Source: an uncultured Methanomicrobiaceae archaeon
GTDB lineage: Archaea; Halobacteriota; Methanomicrobia; Methanomicrobiales; Methanoculleaceae
Assembly: GCA_963826525.1 (NCBI GenBank)
Contig: CAWGXH010000004.1
Span: 64,001 to 128,000, forward strand
Reading direction: 5' to 3'
DNA length: 64,000 nt
Translations under genes and position numbers: made by a program
In this document: one piece after another, positions 21,909-32,469 of the stretch
Layout of the letters: each line of letters begins with the position of its first letter
How positions within the stretch are numbered: the stretch's first letter is position 1
Notes under the pieces: generated by a model
Database searches by the model: none
What the model was told of the DNA's origin: nothing
What the model saw: the letters and a program-made list of their open reading frames with translations, nothing else

Positions 21909-22475
21909 ATGGACAAACACACAAAACCCTGTACCTTCATGGCTCAGGAGGTATACGGATTCACCCGACCATCATATGCATTTCTCATGCAGAGGCTATG
22001 GAACGATTTTATCAAAGAACCTTCGATACCCGTCATTAAACAAATACCATACGCCGCTCCAGTGGGAAGACGGGTTCTGCAGGTGGTTTCACCTACAAGC
22101 AACGCCGCTCACAACACAACCGAATCGACACTTGCTCAAAAGGGGGATATGCCTGTGAAAGAGGTACTTGATCTGCAACCGGGGGAATTTGTCCAGGTAC
22201 GGTCTCTAGAAGAGATACGCACCACGCTGGATGAAAACGGGAAGTATAAAGGCCTACTCTTCATGCCCGAAATGAAGGATTTTTGCGGGAAAAAATACCG
22301 TGTATTTAAAAAGGTACGTTCAATCACCCTTGAATCGAATGGTGAAGTGAGGAAATTAAAAAGTCCTACAGTTTTTCTGGAGGATGTATACTGCGATGGG
22401 AAGAGGCACAATGACTGTGATAGATCTTGCCTGCTTTTCTGGAGGGAAGCATGGTTGCAACGGACTGAACCCTGA
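21909..22475 (+). CDS. Conserved hypothetical protein with a C-terminal SH3-like, Cys-containing domain
   Basis: LQPGEFVQVRSLEEIRTTLD...GLLFMPEM..FCG...CDGKRHNDCDRSCLLFWREAWL; GAGGGGG SD-like motif upstream. Confidence 0.7.
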   Translation: MDKHTKPCTFMAQEVYGFTRPSYAFLMQRLWNDFIKEPSIPVIKQIPYAAPVGRRVLQVVSPTSNAAHNTTESTLAQKGDMPVKEVLDLQPGEFVQVRSLEEIRTTLDENGKYKGLLFMPEMKDFCGKKYRVFKKVRSITLESNGEVRKLKSPTVFLEDVYCDGKRHNDCDRSCLLFWREAWLQRTEP

Positions 22476-22715
22476 CTCCTCCCCATTGCTCCCGGACTTC
22501 TGATGTACGATAATCCCCTTCACGTAGTGGATGCCTATGGAGAGGTATGTCCATACTTTTGCTGGCAGGGCATGGCGGGGAACATTTCTCGTTGGGCAGC
22601 AGCGGGCATATACACCATTTACTATCCACTGCATTCACATTTTCGGTATCGCGCATCAGGAACAGAATCCCATTGTATTTAAGGCAATTTTCGCTTCGCG
22701 GAGAGCGGTGTGCTC

Positions 22716-22880
22716 TTCTCCGTTCCAGATGTTAGGTGAACTACCCCGCCCTGAAGGGCGGGGCTTCCTGCTTCATTCTCCCTCTACCTGAGGCGAGTTC
22801 ACAGGCTCGACGGCGCGTTCCGCACCTGAAACCCCGACAAGATTCTGTTCTTGCAGGGCAAACTTTTTGATATTGATTGC
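22716..22880 (-). ncRNA. Predicted TnpB omega/reRNA with flank-derived guide (boundaries approximate)
   Basis: Inferred from known TnpB biology: the scaffold overlaps the tnpB 3' end and right end; the guide would begin CTAACATCTGGAACGG. Confidence 0.55.
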
Positions 22881-24073
22881 CGCGTTGCTATCCCGATCAT
22901 GATGAGTGCCGCAGTCAGGACATACCCACTCTCGATCAGCAAGAATGAGATCCCGATGGATATATCCACACCGATTGCAGATCTTCGATGACGGATCAAA
23001 CCTCCCGATCTTCAGGAGAGTCTTTCCGTACTTCCGGCACTTGTCCTCCAGCATCGTGAAGAACGCACTCCACGAGACATCCCCAATACTCTGTGCCAAC
23101 GTATGGTTCTTCTGCATTCCAGCGACATTCAACGATTCCACTGCTATTGCTTGGTTCTCGCTCACGACTCGAAAAGAGAGGTTGTGCAGGAAATCGTTCC
23201 GCTGGTTGGCGATCTTCTCATGACACCTGGCAAGTTTTCGGATCGCTTTCTCCCGGTTCTTCGATCCCTTCACTTTCCGTGATACGCACCGCTGTAACAC
23301 CTTCAGCCGCTGGAGGGAGTTCTTAAGGTAGCGAGGGTTCTCGATCTTCTCTCCGGTAGAGAAGGTTGCGAAGTCTTTCAAGCCGACATCGATCCCGAGG
23401 GTGGTGTCCAGAGAGAACGACGTAGGTTCTGGTTCTGGCTTTCCATCATCGACAAGGATGCTGACGAACCATCTTCCAACCGAGGTCACGGAGACGGTGG
23501 CATACTTCATCTTTCCGGTGAATACCCGATGGAAGATTGTTCGGATCTCACCGATCTTCGGGAGTTTGATCCGACCTTGCTCGAAGTCAACGGCGTAATG
23601 TTGCGGTACCTGAAAGGACTGTACCGGGTTCTTCTTCGACTTGAACCGCGGGAAACCCTTCTTCTCCCGGAAGAACCGGGTGAAGGCATTGTCGAGGTTC
23701 TTGTTGGCACTCTGGAGCGATTGGGAGTTGACTTCTTTGAGCCACGAATGCTCTTCTTTGAGTGCGGGAAGACGGGTGTTCAGGTCGAAGCAGGAGAGTT
23801 TTCGACCTTCCTGCTCGTATGCCCGGATCTTCTGCTCCAGAGAATAGTTGTACACAAACCGACAGGCATGGATGTGCCGCATGAGGAGTGCGGTCTGCTC
23901 CTGGTTGGGATACATCCGATACTTGTAAGCTTGGAGCATACAAGGATTATTGCGCCTTATAATAAGATGTAGTTTCCGGTAATCTCTCAAAACGTATGAC
24001 GAAGGGCGGCTCCGCTTTCATCCCCGGCCTAAAGACCGGGGTCTTTCCGCTCCGCCCCCTTCACCCCCGCAAG
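22736..24073 (-). mobile_element. Non-autonomous IS605/IS1341-type element (tnpB only)
   Basis: Related subterminal hairpins CCCCGCCCTGAAGGGCGGGG (22744-22763) and CCCCGGCCTAAAGACCGGGG (24022-24041); right end ...GGGGTAGTTCAC; TTTAT abuts the inferred left end; no tnpA. Confidence 0.85.
22773..23939 (-). CDS. tnpB: RNA-guided endonuclease TnpB with intact catalytic residues
   Basis: MLQAYKYRMYPN HTH, FPRFKSK, LGIDVG, IAVESLN, CNRCG/CPDCG zinc finger and HDRDSNAAINI. Confidence 0.95.
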   Translation of the reverse strand: MLQAYKYRMYPNQEQTALLMRHIHACRFVYNYSLEQKIRAYEQEGRKLSCFDLNTRLPALKEEHSWLKEVNSQSLQSANKNLDNAFTRFFREKKGFPRFKSKKNPVQSFQVPQHYAVDFEQGRIKLPKIGEIRTIFHRVFTGKMKYATVSVTSVGRWFVSILVDDGKPEPEPTSFSLDTTLGIDVGLKDFATFSTGEKIENPRYLKNSLQRLKVLQRCVSRKVKGSKNREKAIRKLARCHEKIANQRNDFLHNLSFRVVSENQAIAVESLNVAGMQKNHTLAQSIGDVSWSAFFTMLEDKCRKYGKTLLKIGRFDPSSKICNRCGYIHRDLILADREWVCPDCGTHHDRDSNAAINIKKFALQEQNLVGVSGAERAVEPVNSPQVEGE

Positions 24074-24685
24074 ATAAATTCTGGTTCAGAATATTGCCAA
24101 AATTGTATTTCTCATGATTGAGGTAACACGGGTACTTTACCAGAGGTCATCGGGGCCTTGGTCTGCAAGGGCCTCGGGTTTATTGAACAGTCGGGGGGTT
24201 CTCAATTATGGGGCATCCTTTCGGATATTGCTCTCAAAAACTTCCCAGATTCGGGATGGCAAACAGCCAGCACAATCATGACACGCCGGGCAGGACTCTC
24301 AACGCTGTTGCCGACTATGGCATCCGCTGCCTCCGGATCGACACCATAACACTCAGCGCCAGCGGTGAATACGACAAAGAGAACAACTCCCACGATATAA
24401 CATCACACTAAGGCCTCATCTAAGACAATTACCCAGAAGAGAGAAGGAATGATGAAATGCAGTTTCAGTTCCTCAAGAATTTATCATGCCGGGTGACAAG
24501 GGAACACAGAAAATAAAACTCATAGCAGGAGAAGCAGCAAAGAATATCACGACTACTATGGCAAGGGGATTGGAAAATATCCTGATACTGCTCAACAGAG
24601 ATTACGAAAATAATATTACCGATTGAGACCCGTAATGTGTCGAATGGAAGAGCTATTTTTACATTAATACGGTAACAAGCCTCCA

Positions 24686-25690
24686 ATGGGCTATTCCATA
24701 CAAGAACTGTCAGAGGAAAATGCAGGCGCTTGGGAAGAGTTCAACAACCGATGCTCAGGGGGGACGTTTAACCATGCCCTAAAGTGGAAGAACGTACTGG
24801 AAAATGCATTCAACATCAACCTGAAGTACTGGATCCTCTGGAGAGGGCAGAAGCCAGTCGGCATCTTTCCTTTAAGAAACCGCACAATAGCATTTTTAAA
24901 AGGGCTGGACACCATCCCTCATTCTGAATGCAACAGCATCCTGCTGGACGATGATTTCAATCCAGAAGATCTGGATGACGTACTCTCCTTGTTCGCGTCA
25001 AAGTATTCGTTTCTTTTCCTGAATATGGATAAACAGACACTGTCAGACCATATAGGCTACGACCATTACCCCTTTGACAATACAGGAAATATGGTATTAA
25101 ACTTGCAACAGAATCCACCTGATAGCATCTGGGACAACTTCCCCGCAAAAAAAGGGCAGAGAAAATTTATTCGCAGATTTGACGAGAAGGGTTTTAAAAT
25201 TCATGAGATCCGCCAACAGGAAGAGATCGGATCATTTTACCAGTACTATGCTGAAAATCTAATGCGGATAAACGGAGAGATTCTGCCGATCACCTTTTTC
25301 CAGAAACTTCTGGAAACTTTTTCACCGCATGAGATGCGAGTAACGTCACTATCGAAAGGGGATATTTACGCTGGAGGACTGCTCACCTTCCTGCATCCGG
25401 TCAGCAAGACAGCATATTTTCAGTATCTCTCCCTGAATAGAAACCTGCCCAATACATACCACCCTACCTATTACCTCTTCTGGGAGGGGCTTAATTGGGC
25501 GTGGGACAATGGATATGAAAAGATCTTCTTTGGCCGGCAAAAGTTGGATCCGAACAATACCCGTTTTCGAATAAAGGCTGACTTCGGAGCAGAACATGTA
25601 CCGATTCACTCAAGGATAGTCCTATTATCAAAGAAAGCTGCGGTGCTCTACCGGTCAAGAGAATTGCTCTCCGGAGGTCGAAATCTGTAA
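24686..25690 (+). CDS. FemAB-like/GNAT-family (double GNAT) acyl- or aminoacyl-transferase
   Basis: WEEFN..CSGGTFNHALKW, RKFIRRFDEKGF, YYLFWEGLNWAWDNGY and KADFGAE. Confidence 0.82.
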   Translation: MGYSIQELSEENAGAWEEFNNRCSGGTFNHALKWKNVLENAFNINLKYWILWRGQKPVGIFPLRNRTIAFLKGLDTIPHSECNSILLDDDFNPEDLDDVLSLFASKYSFLFLNMDKQTLSDHIGYDHYPFDNTGNMVLNLQQNPPDSIWDNFPAKKGQRKFIRRFDEKGFKIHEIRQQEEIGSFYQYYAENLMRINGEILPITFFQKLLETFSPHEMRVTSLSKGDIYAGGLLTFLHPVSKTAYFQYLSLNRNLPNTYHPTYYLFWEGLNWAWDNGYEKIFFGRQKLDPNNTRFRIKADFGAEHVPIHSRIVLLSKKAAVLYRSRELLSGGRNL

Positions 25691-25727
25691 TGGCACGTAT
25701 GCCCTTAGGCAGCGCAGTGTTCCGGGT

Positions 25728-25892
25728 ATGGTGCACAGAGAAGCGAGAGAGCTTGAGAGGGATGAACTGCAGACCTGGGATGCGCTGATCGCCGGTTCGG
25801 CATTGATAGCACAGAGACAAAGCAATACTGCCTTGTTGCCGCCACTCCCCAGCACCGATGCCGGACCGGAATGCCTGCAGAGGATTGGATAA
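25728..25892 (+). pseudogene. 5' relic of a GNAT paralog of 27562-28578
   Basis: MVHREARELERDELQTWDALIAGSA vs MAEPDVRELGQDEFRDWDTLVATSA. Confidence 0.62.
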
Positions 25893-26048
25893 CTTGGGCA
25901 GACTCTCAATCTGAACGGAGAGGGACGACTACTGCATATGAACATTTTGCAAGCGTTACGTTACAATGCCCTCGTATTTTCAGGAGGCACAGAGGAAAAG
26001 CATGAAATCTCTCCGTCCGGGTATGCAGACGGGGGGTTGACGGCAGGC

Positions 26049-26316
26049 ATGGATCTACCCAAGCAGGACAGTGAGATCTGGGAGTTGTTCACCAGGAAGG
26101 AAGAGCATGAGAGGTGCGGTCAGGACCGGTATGACAGATTCCCCTACTACAGGAGTCGCCACCAGGATCTCTTCGTGCCCCGGGCATCGCAGTTCTCGAT
26201 TGAGAAGGGCTATCACTGCGAATACCCCGATGCGTAGCCATTTGCGGTCCGCCTTACGCACGATATCGACACAGCATACCATCCCTTCCTCTCCAAAGGT
26301 TTTGAGATCGTAAAAG
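26049..26316 (+). pseudogene. 5' relic of a polysaccharide deacetylase paralog of 31321
   Basis: MDLPKQDSEIWELFTRKEE...DRFPYYRSRH..FVPRASQ...CEYPDA*PFAVRLTHDIDT..PFLSKGFEIVK; colinear with the intact gene, then truncated. Confidence 0.85.
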
Positions 26317-26528
26317 GCCGCATCAAAGCAGACACCGTGGATTCAGACCAGTAACTCGTTTTTCGTGTCCCGTCACCCGATCAACGTGTGGAAATGCGCG
26401 AGCGAACGTAAGGGAACCCGCAAGTACGATTCTTTGAAGAGGAGTAGAAGGAGATCCCCCCTTTATTCGACCGGTCAAATTCGACCAGCGAAATGATTAA
26501 TAGGAATGTACCGTAATGTGCCCCAAAC

Positions 26529-27560
26529 ATGTATTCCATTGAGGTATTGTCAGAGAGTAATGCGTACCAATGGGAAGAGTTCAACAAGCGATCCCGGGAA
26601 GGAACTCTTTTCCATAGCATGCAATGGAAGAAGTTCCTGGAAGACACATTGAAACTGAGACTGAAGTATTACCTTATCCTTGAGAATCGAAAGGTCGTGG
26701 GGATATGCCCGTGTATCGAGCAGTCGGTTCTGGGGTTCCGGGGGCTTACCGACGTCCCCCATTCCGAAGTCAACAACCTCATACTGGACGATTCGTTCGA
26801 TTTCAGTCGAATCAATGACGTTCTGGCACTCTTCTCAAAGGAATGCTCGTTCCTTCACTTCAATACATATAACCCGAATATTCTGGACAGGATCGCGTAC
26901 GACAGTACCACCGTTGAGAGCACCGGAAACATGATCTTGAACCTGAAACAAAAGCCCCCGGATGAAATATGGGGCGGATTTTCAAAAGATATGAGATATA
27001 ATATCCGTATATTCGAAAAGAAAGGTTTTGAAGTCCGGGAAGTACATCAACAGCCTGATGTGGAGACATTTTACCGGTATTACGCAGAAAACCTGAAGTA
27101 TATTAACGGCGAGATCCTGCCGTACTCATTTTTCCAGCGGCTTCTGGAGTCGTATTCACCGAAAGAATTGAGAACTGTGGCATTAACCAATAACGGCCTC
27201 TATGCCGGCGGATCACTGACAATTGCAGATCCGGCTGAAGATACCGCCTATTTCGACTACATGGCCTTAAACCGCGAACTTCCGAATAAATACACTCCAT
27301 CCTACTACCTTTCCTGGGAGGGTATCACCTGGGCATGGGAGAATGGATACGAGAAGATATCCTTTGGACGGCAAAATTTTGACCCGGACAATCCTCGTTT
27401 CAGAAACAAAGCTAAATTCGGGGCTGAATATGTACCGATCCACTCAACACTGGTTCTCTTTTCCAAAGCGACATCGGTGCTGTACCGGTTGAAGAAAAGG
27501 CTGGAGGAGGGTCAAGAGACTCAATCCAAGCGGATTTCCTGCGCAAGTGAGGCACATTAG
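26529..27560 (+). CDS. FemAB-like/GNAT-family transferase, paralog of 24686
   Basis: WEEFNKRSREGTLFHSMQW, YYAENL..INGEILP, WEGITWAWENGYEKI and KAKFGAE. Confidence 0.85.
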   Translation: MYSIEVLSESNAYQWEEFNKRSREGTLFHSMQWKKFLEDTLKLRLKYYLILENRKVVGICPCIEQSVLGFRGLTDVPHSEVNNLILDDSFDFSRINDVLALFSKECSFLHFNTYNPNILDRIAYDSTTVESTGNMILNLKQKPPDEIWGGFSKDMRYNIRIFEKKGFEVREVHQQPDVETFYRYYAENLKYINGEILPYSFFQRLLESYSPKELRTVALTNNGLYAGGSLTIADPAEDTAYFDYMALNRELPNKYTPSYYLSWEGITWAWENGYEKISFGRQNFDPDNPRFRNKAKFGAEYVPIHSTLVLFSKATSVLYRLKKRLEEGQETQSKRISCASEAH

Positions 27561-27561
27561 G

Positions 27562-28578
27562 ATGGCAGAACCGGATGTGAGAGAACTTGGACAGGATGAG
27601 TTCCGGGACTGGGATACGCTGGTTGCCACATCGGCGCAGGGAACCATTTTCCATACAGGGGACTGGCTGCTCAAGACAGCTTCATCCCTGCATCAGGAAC
27701 CGGTGATACTCGGGTGCTACGAAGACGAGGCATTGATCGGGGGCTGCCCCCTTCTCCTGTCAAATCCATATAAATTGCTCAAAGTTGCTTCTTCCGCAGC
27801 GCTGTTAGCCCCTTACGGCGGGATAGTGGTAGCCGATATAGAGAGTACAAAACGAAGGGAGTGGGAGTTACATACCGACAAAGTCGTTGCATCCATTCGC
27901 GATCATATCGGCCGGAAGAGATTTGACCATGTGAACCTGGTAAATTCTCCGGGATTGGAAGATATTCGAGGGTTCACCCGAAACGGATGGGACGCAAAGG
28001 TACACTACACCTATACGCTCCCGGTTAACGGTGATGTATTTGACCGTATCTCGAAAAATGCACGGCGGAGTATTCGGAAGGCCCAGAAACTGGGCATTAC
28101 CGCAACACAGCATTTTGACGCCGAGATCTACTGGGCGCTCACGGAAAATACCTTCGAGAAGCAAAATTCGCACCCCCCTTTCTCTCAACAACATCTTATG
28201 AACCTGCTGGACACGATCAGAGAGAAGCATCTGGGGGAGATGTGGGTCGCCAGGACTTCTTCAGGAGAGATAGCTGCGGCTGAGGTCATCGTCTACGACA
28301 CGAAAACTGCCCATCGTTGGTCTGCAGCATCCTCTGAAGAGCATCTGAACACGGGGGCGACCTCGCTTCTCCTCGGTGAGGTAATCGCACACTTAGCGGA
28401 TCGGAATTGTCATTCAATCAATTTGATGGCAGGGAACATGGCTCATCTAAGCGCGTTTATGACGAGTTTCAACCCTGACCTTACTCCTTACTATGGCGTT
28501 GAGTTGTCCGGAGTCAGGTATGGCATCGTACGGAGCGTGAACAATCACATAAAAGGTGTGGCTTCCCGTATCACCTAA
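27562..28578 (+). CDS. FemAB-like/GNAT-family transferase (second type)
   Basis: WDTLVATSAQGTIFH, RRSIRKAQKLG, GATSLL and F..SFNP.L.PYY. Confidence 0.82.
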   Translation: MAEPDVRELGQDEFRDWDTLVATSAQGTIFHTGDWLLKTASSLHQEPVILGCYEDEALIGGCPLLLSNPYKLLKVASSAALLAPYGGIVVADIESTKRREWELHTDKVVASIRDHIGRKRFDHVNLVNSPGLEDIRGFTRNGWDAKVHYTYTLPVNGDVFDRISKNARRSIRKAQKLGITATQHFDAEIYWALTENTFEKQNSHPPFSQQHLMNLLDTIREKHLGEMWVARTSSGEIAAAEVIVYDTKTAHRWSAASSEEHLNTGATSLLLGEVIAHLADRNCHSINLMAGNMAHLSAFMTSFNPDLTPYYGVELSGVRYGIVRSVNNHIKGVASRIT

Positions 28579-28810
28579 AACCCACCTTGCACTTCCGTGA
28601 TGGGGAGGTCTCATCTTCATGGCGCAGGTGAACGAGGATCTACCCCTCAGGCATGCCGGAGGTATGCCGTGCACGGACGAATACACGAGCCCCGTCAGGG
28701 ATGACCTTCCGTCTTTCTGCATAGGATCTGCCTGGCTCAGAAGGATACGGGTGCCACCGTGTAAGCAGGCGCAAAGGAGTATCAGCGTTGTCCGGGAAGG
28801 TGCCCCCAGG

Positions 28811-28852
28811 ACTTATTCCCTTGAGGCGTTGTCTGAGAGTAATGCTTGCCAA
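28811..28852 (+). pseudogene. Short 5' relic of the 26529-type GNAT
   Basis: TYSLEALSESNACQ vs MYSIEVLSESNAYQ; upstream GTGCCCC also shared. Confidence 0.6.
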
Positions 28853-29131
28853 CCTTAATAGCCAATCGCGGGAAGGCACACAGCTCGCTGCAGAAGTAAG
28901 TCCACAGGGATATCCTGCGCATAGAGGTGACACCATGGCATGAGGGGACCCGACCAGCTTTGGCTGACCTCTTCACGTATACGTAGTTATTCCCGGCACC
29001 CGGTAAATCCGCACTGTTAGAGGGAATGAACCGCTCTGCGACCAGCGGAATTTTAATATACTCTTAAGGTTTTGTCCATGACAGGCTCCTTCCTGTCAAC
29101 CAGGAAAAATGCCGGCAAAAACTCAAGGAGC

Positions 29132-30932
29132 ATGTACATGGAACAACGAGGTTCTGCCCTGATAAAGGTGCTACTCGCGGCTATCTTCATCCTGATCACC
29201 CTCATTGCATGGATCGCCATCAGCCCAGGCCTTCAGCATTTGCCGATACTTGATTCAGGAACTACGATCTCCGGCACTCTTGTCTGCGAAGATGCCAGTC
29301 CAGGCACAATATGCATCCTCGCACTCTACCCGGTTAGTTACCAGAAAATTCGCGAGATGGAGGCTGAGTCACAGCCGTATATGTCACAATACGTAGCCGC
29401 ATATACAACCCTCTCCGCTCCGGGTTCCTACCGAATCCAGGTTCCCGCACCGGGCGATTACATCCTCTATGCATGGAAGGACACAAATGAGGATGGGGGG
29501 ATCAATCACGAGGACTACCAGGAACCCACCGGGTGGTACCGGACCGACGATTACCTGATGCCGGCGAGCGTCAATGTGACTGCCGGGAAGGACGTTCCGG
29601 GTATCGACCTGGCCCTGATCGCCCCGACCCCCTATCCCCGGGAGGAACTGGGCGTCAGCCGGGGGAGCGGCGGGGGAACCCTGAAGACCGTCAAAGGGTA
29701 TCCCGTCCTGCAACTTCGGGGAACCGCTGAGGAGCGGGCATATGCCCAGGGATACCTTGTCGGTCCGCAGATCCGGGACTGGACAGAGTATGTCCTGGTC
29801 GAGTTCTATGCCCAATCACCGTCACGGTATGAAAACAACCTCCTCCCTTTCATTCGAAGCAACTTCTCGGCGAACGATCCGTACATTCCCGTTGCCGATG
29901 CAATGCTCCAGGGTATGCGGGACTCGGGGATCGATATGCGTATCGACACCCTCGAGAGAGATATCACGCGTGATGATATCCTGGCGATAAACTCTCTGTA
30001 CTCCCTGGTACTGATGAGAGATTCCATACTCAACAAGGAGACGGGTGAATCGGACAGCATAATGTGCTCAAATGCAGTCGTCTGGGGTAACCTGACCCAG
30101 AATCCCGAGCTCTCCGGCGGGGTGATCCACGGCAAGAATATGGATGGAGAGAATGACCTGCGGAAGGTCACGGTGAATACCCTCCTTATCGTCGCCACCG
30201 AACCCGAAGAGGGGAGCGACAGCATGCGGCTCGTGGGTATCGACTGGCCCGGTTTCTACGGAACCTACAACGCCATGAATGAGGAAGGCCTGATCCTGGC
30301 AACGCATTCTTCGTGGTCGTCCGCCCCGGACTTCAGCGCAACCGATCTGCTCGAATACTCCACGCTCTATATGGAAACCCTGCAGCACTGCCGGACCATC
30401 CCCGAGGCAGAGGCCTACTGGAAGTCGCGGAGCATGACCCGGACCGGAGGCTGGAATACTGCAGTCTCGGTTCCATACAAAGCAGATCCCGACGGGATAC
30501 CCTCGGTGACGTTTGAGTCAGATCCCTTCGGCATGGCGGTACGGAGACCCGGTGACATTCCGCCGACCGGCATCCCTGCAATCCTGACAACCAACAATTT
30601 CTATCTCTATGAGCCCGGACCAGACCCTGAAGCGGGAGTAAAGACGAACGTCCCTGCACCCATTCTGCCGACCCATTACCGGTACATCGCGATGAACGAT
30701 ACCCTGAACCGATTCATAAGCGAAGGCCGGAGCATCGGCACGGCAGAGATGATAGCGATCCTGCAATCGGCATCGAACACCACCAGCCACCGCGGGGCTA
30801 CCCAGGTACAGTTACATAGGATACCCCGACACCATGTCCTTTGCCGTCGCACGGGAGGATCTGGAGAGAAAGATCCTTGATGCATCGTACGCGAACTTTA
30901 CGACATTCTCCTTTGAAGAAGTCTTCCAATAA
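29132..30932 (+). CDS. Membrane-anchored C45-family autoproteolytic Ntn acyltransferase/hydrolase, frameshift near 30805
   Basis: N-terminal TM; LQLRGTAEERAYAQG, MCSNAVVWG (nucleophile Cys), HGKNMD, WPGFYG..NAMNEEGL and LTTNN. Confidence 0.75.
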
Positions 30933-31320
30933 CAGCCATTTTTGAGAACACATCATTCAGGGGCAGGAAGAAGTAAAATTCACTTAAAATTCTCACCGGC
31001 ACCATCCTCGAATACAGTACCGGGCATGCTCAGGGGCAAAGGTGGCCGAACCAGCGGAGATTCCTGCAGGCGTTGGGAACAACCACTCGATTCTGCGCTA
31101 GTATATGCCGTTTCATTCTCAGGAACACGGATGAGAGGCAGTCTCCGCATGATGGAGTCTGCTCAGACAGGGTGGAGTGATCGTGAGACCTGTTCGCAGA
31201 GAGAGCGTTAAAGACTGCGCTCATGACAAAATGTCAAACAAAGTTTACAAATGCTCTCGTTTGTCAAGAGAATAGGCGAAAGGCATAAAGATTACAGGCG
31301 CGAGTATGCGGTTGGGCTAG

Positions 31321-32425
31321 ATGCAGACAATGGATATACTCAAGCAAGACGCGGATGTCTGGGATCGGTTCACCCGAAAAGAGGAGTGCGAAGCCTGTGA
31401 TCGAGACCGGCATGATCGGTTTCCGCACTACCGAAGTCGGCATCGGGACGTATTCGTGCCTCGTGCATCGCAGATGCTGGTGGAAAGTGGCTTCCAGTGC
31501 GAATACCCGGAATCGCAGCCGTTTGCGGTCTGCCTTACACACGATATCGACACGGTATACTACCCCCTCCTCTCCAAAGGTTTTGAGATCGTAAAAGCGC
31601 TGAAGAACGGGGATCTATCGCGCGCCGGCCAGATCATCCCGCAACTGCGCTCGAAAAAGCGCCCCGGCTGGAACTTCAAGGAGATCGCAGATCTCGAGGA
31701 GGCCTATGGCACACGCTCCAGTTTCTATTTCCTGACCCTGGAGAAAGGAGACGAGGGATACGCATATGCGATTGAGGATCTGGAGCAGGAGATGTGCACA
31801 CTCCAGGACAGGGGATGGGAGGTCGGTCTGCACGGCGGGTTTGAAGCCTACCGTGACCTCGGCAGCCTGAAGAGAGAGAAGCAAAACCTCGAGAAGGTGC
31901 TGAACCGGAAGGTAACCGGGTATCGAAACCATTATCTCAAGTTTCGGGTACCGGACACCTGGGAGCTGCTGGAGAAGGCGGGGTTCCAGTACGACACCAC
32001 CCTCGGATACTCGGACTGCATCGGGTTTCGAAATGGAATGTGCCACCCATTCCGGCCGTTCAATTTAAAAACCAATCGGGAGATGGAGATCCTGGAGATC
32101 CCGCTCATGCTCATGGATCGGACACTAATTCAATATATGCAGTTAACCATGGAGCAGGCCTGGGATCAGACGGAGCGCCTCCTCGAGACCGTCGAACAAT
32201 ATCACGGGACGATCAACATCCTCTGGCATAATACGTTTATGGAAGGTGATGAACTCCGGTTCTACCGGAAGATCCTGGAGGTACTGCCGTAACAGAGGTG
32301 CCTGGATGCCAAGCTGCAGAGAGATTGCGGCGTGGTGGGAAAAGAGTGGAATGCGGGCTCCTGCGACCCTAGAAGACAGGTTGCCCGCACATCTTCCTAC
32401 CCTCGCGAACTCAATCGGCAAGTGA
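31321..32425 (+). CDS. Polysaccharide deacetylase-family (CE4-like) protein, frameshift near 32280
   Basis: LTHDID, WEVGLHG, GYRNHYLKF, YDTTLGY, GFRNG.CHPF, EIPLMLMD and ILWHN. Confidence 0.88.
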
Positions 32426-32469
32426 CCGCGAACCGGAACCGCCATGGAGTTCTCCTCATCGGCACAGGC

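Noticed and set aside
22736-24073. IStron (group I intron plus TnpB)
   Set aside because: The left end lies only ~130 bp from the tnpB start, leaving no room for a group I core, and the element appears intergenic
24158-24349. Possible NodB-type deacetylase relic (DSGWQTAS)
   Set aside because: Single weak motif; cannot be supported without a search
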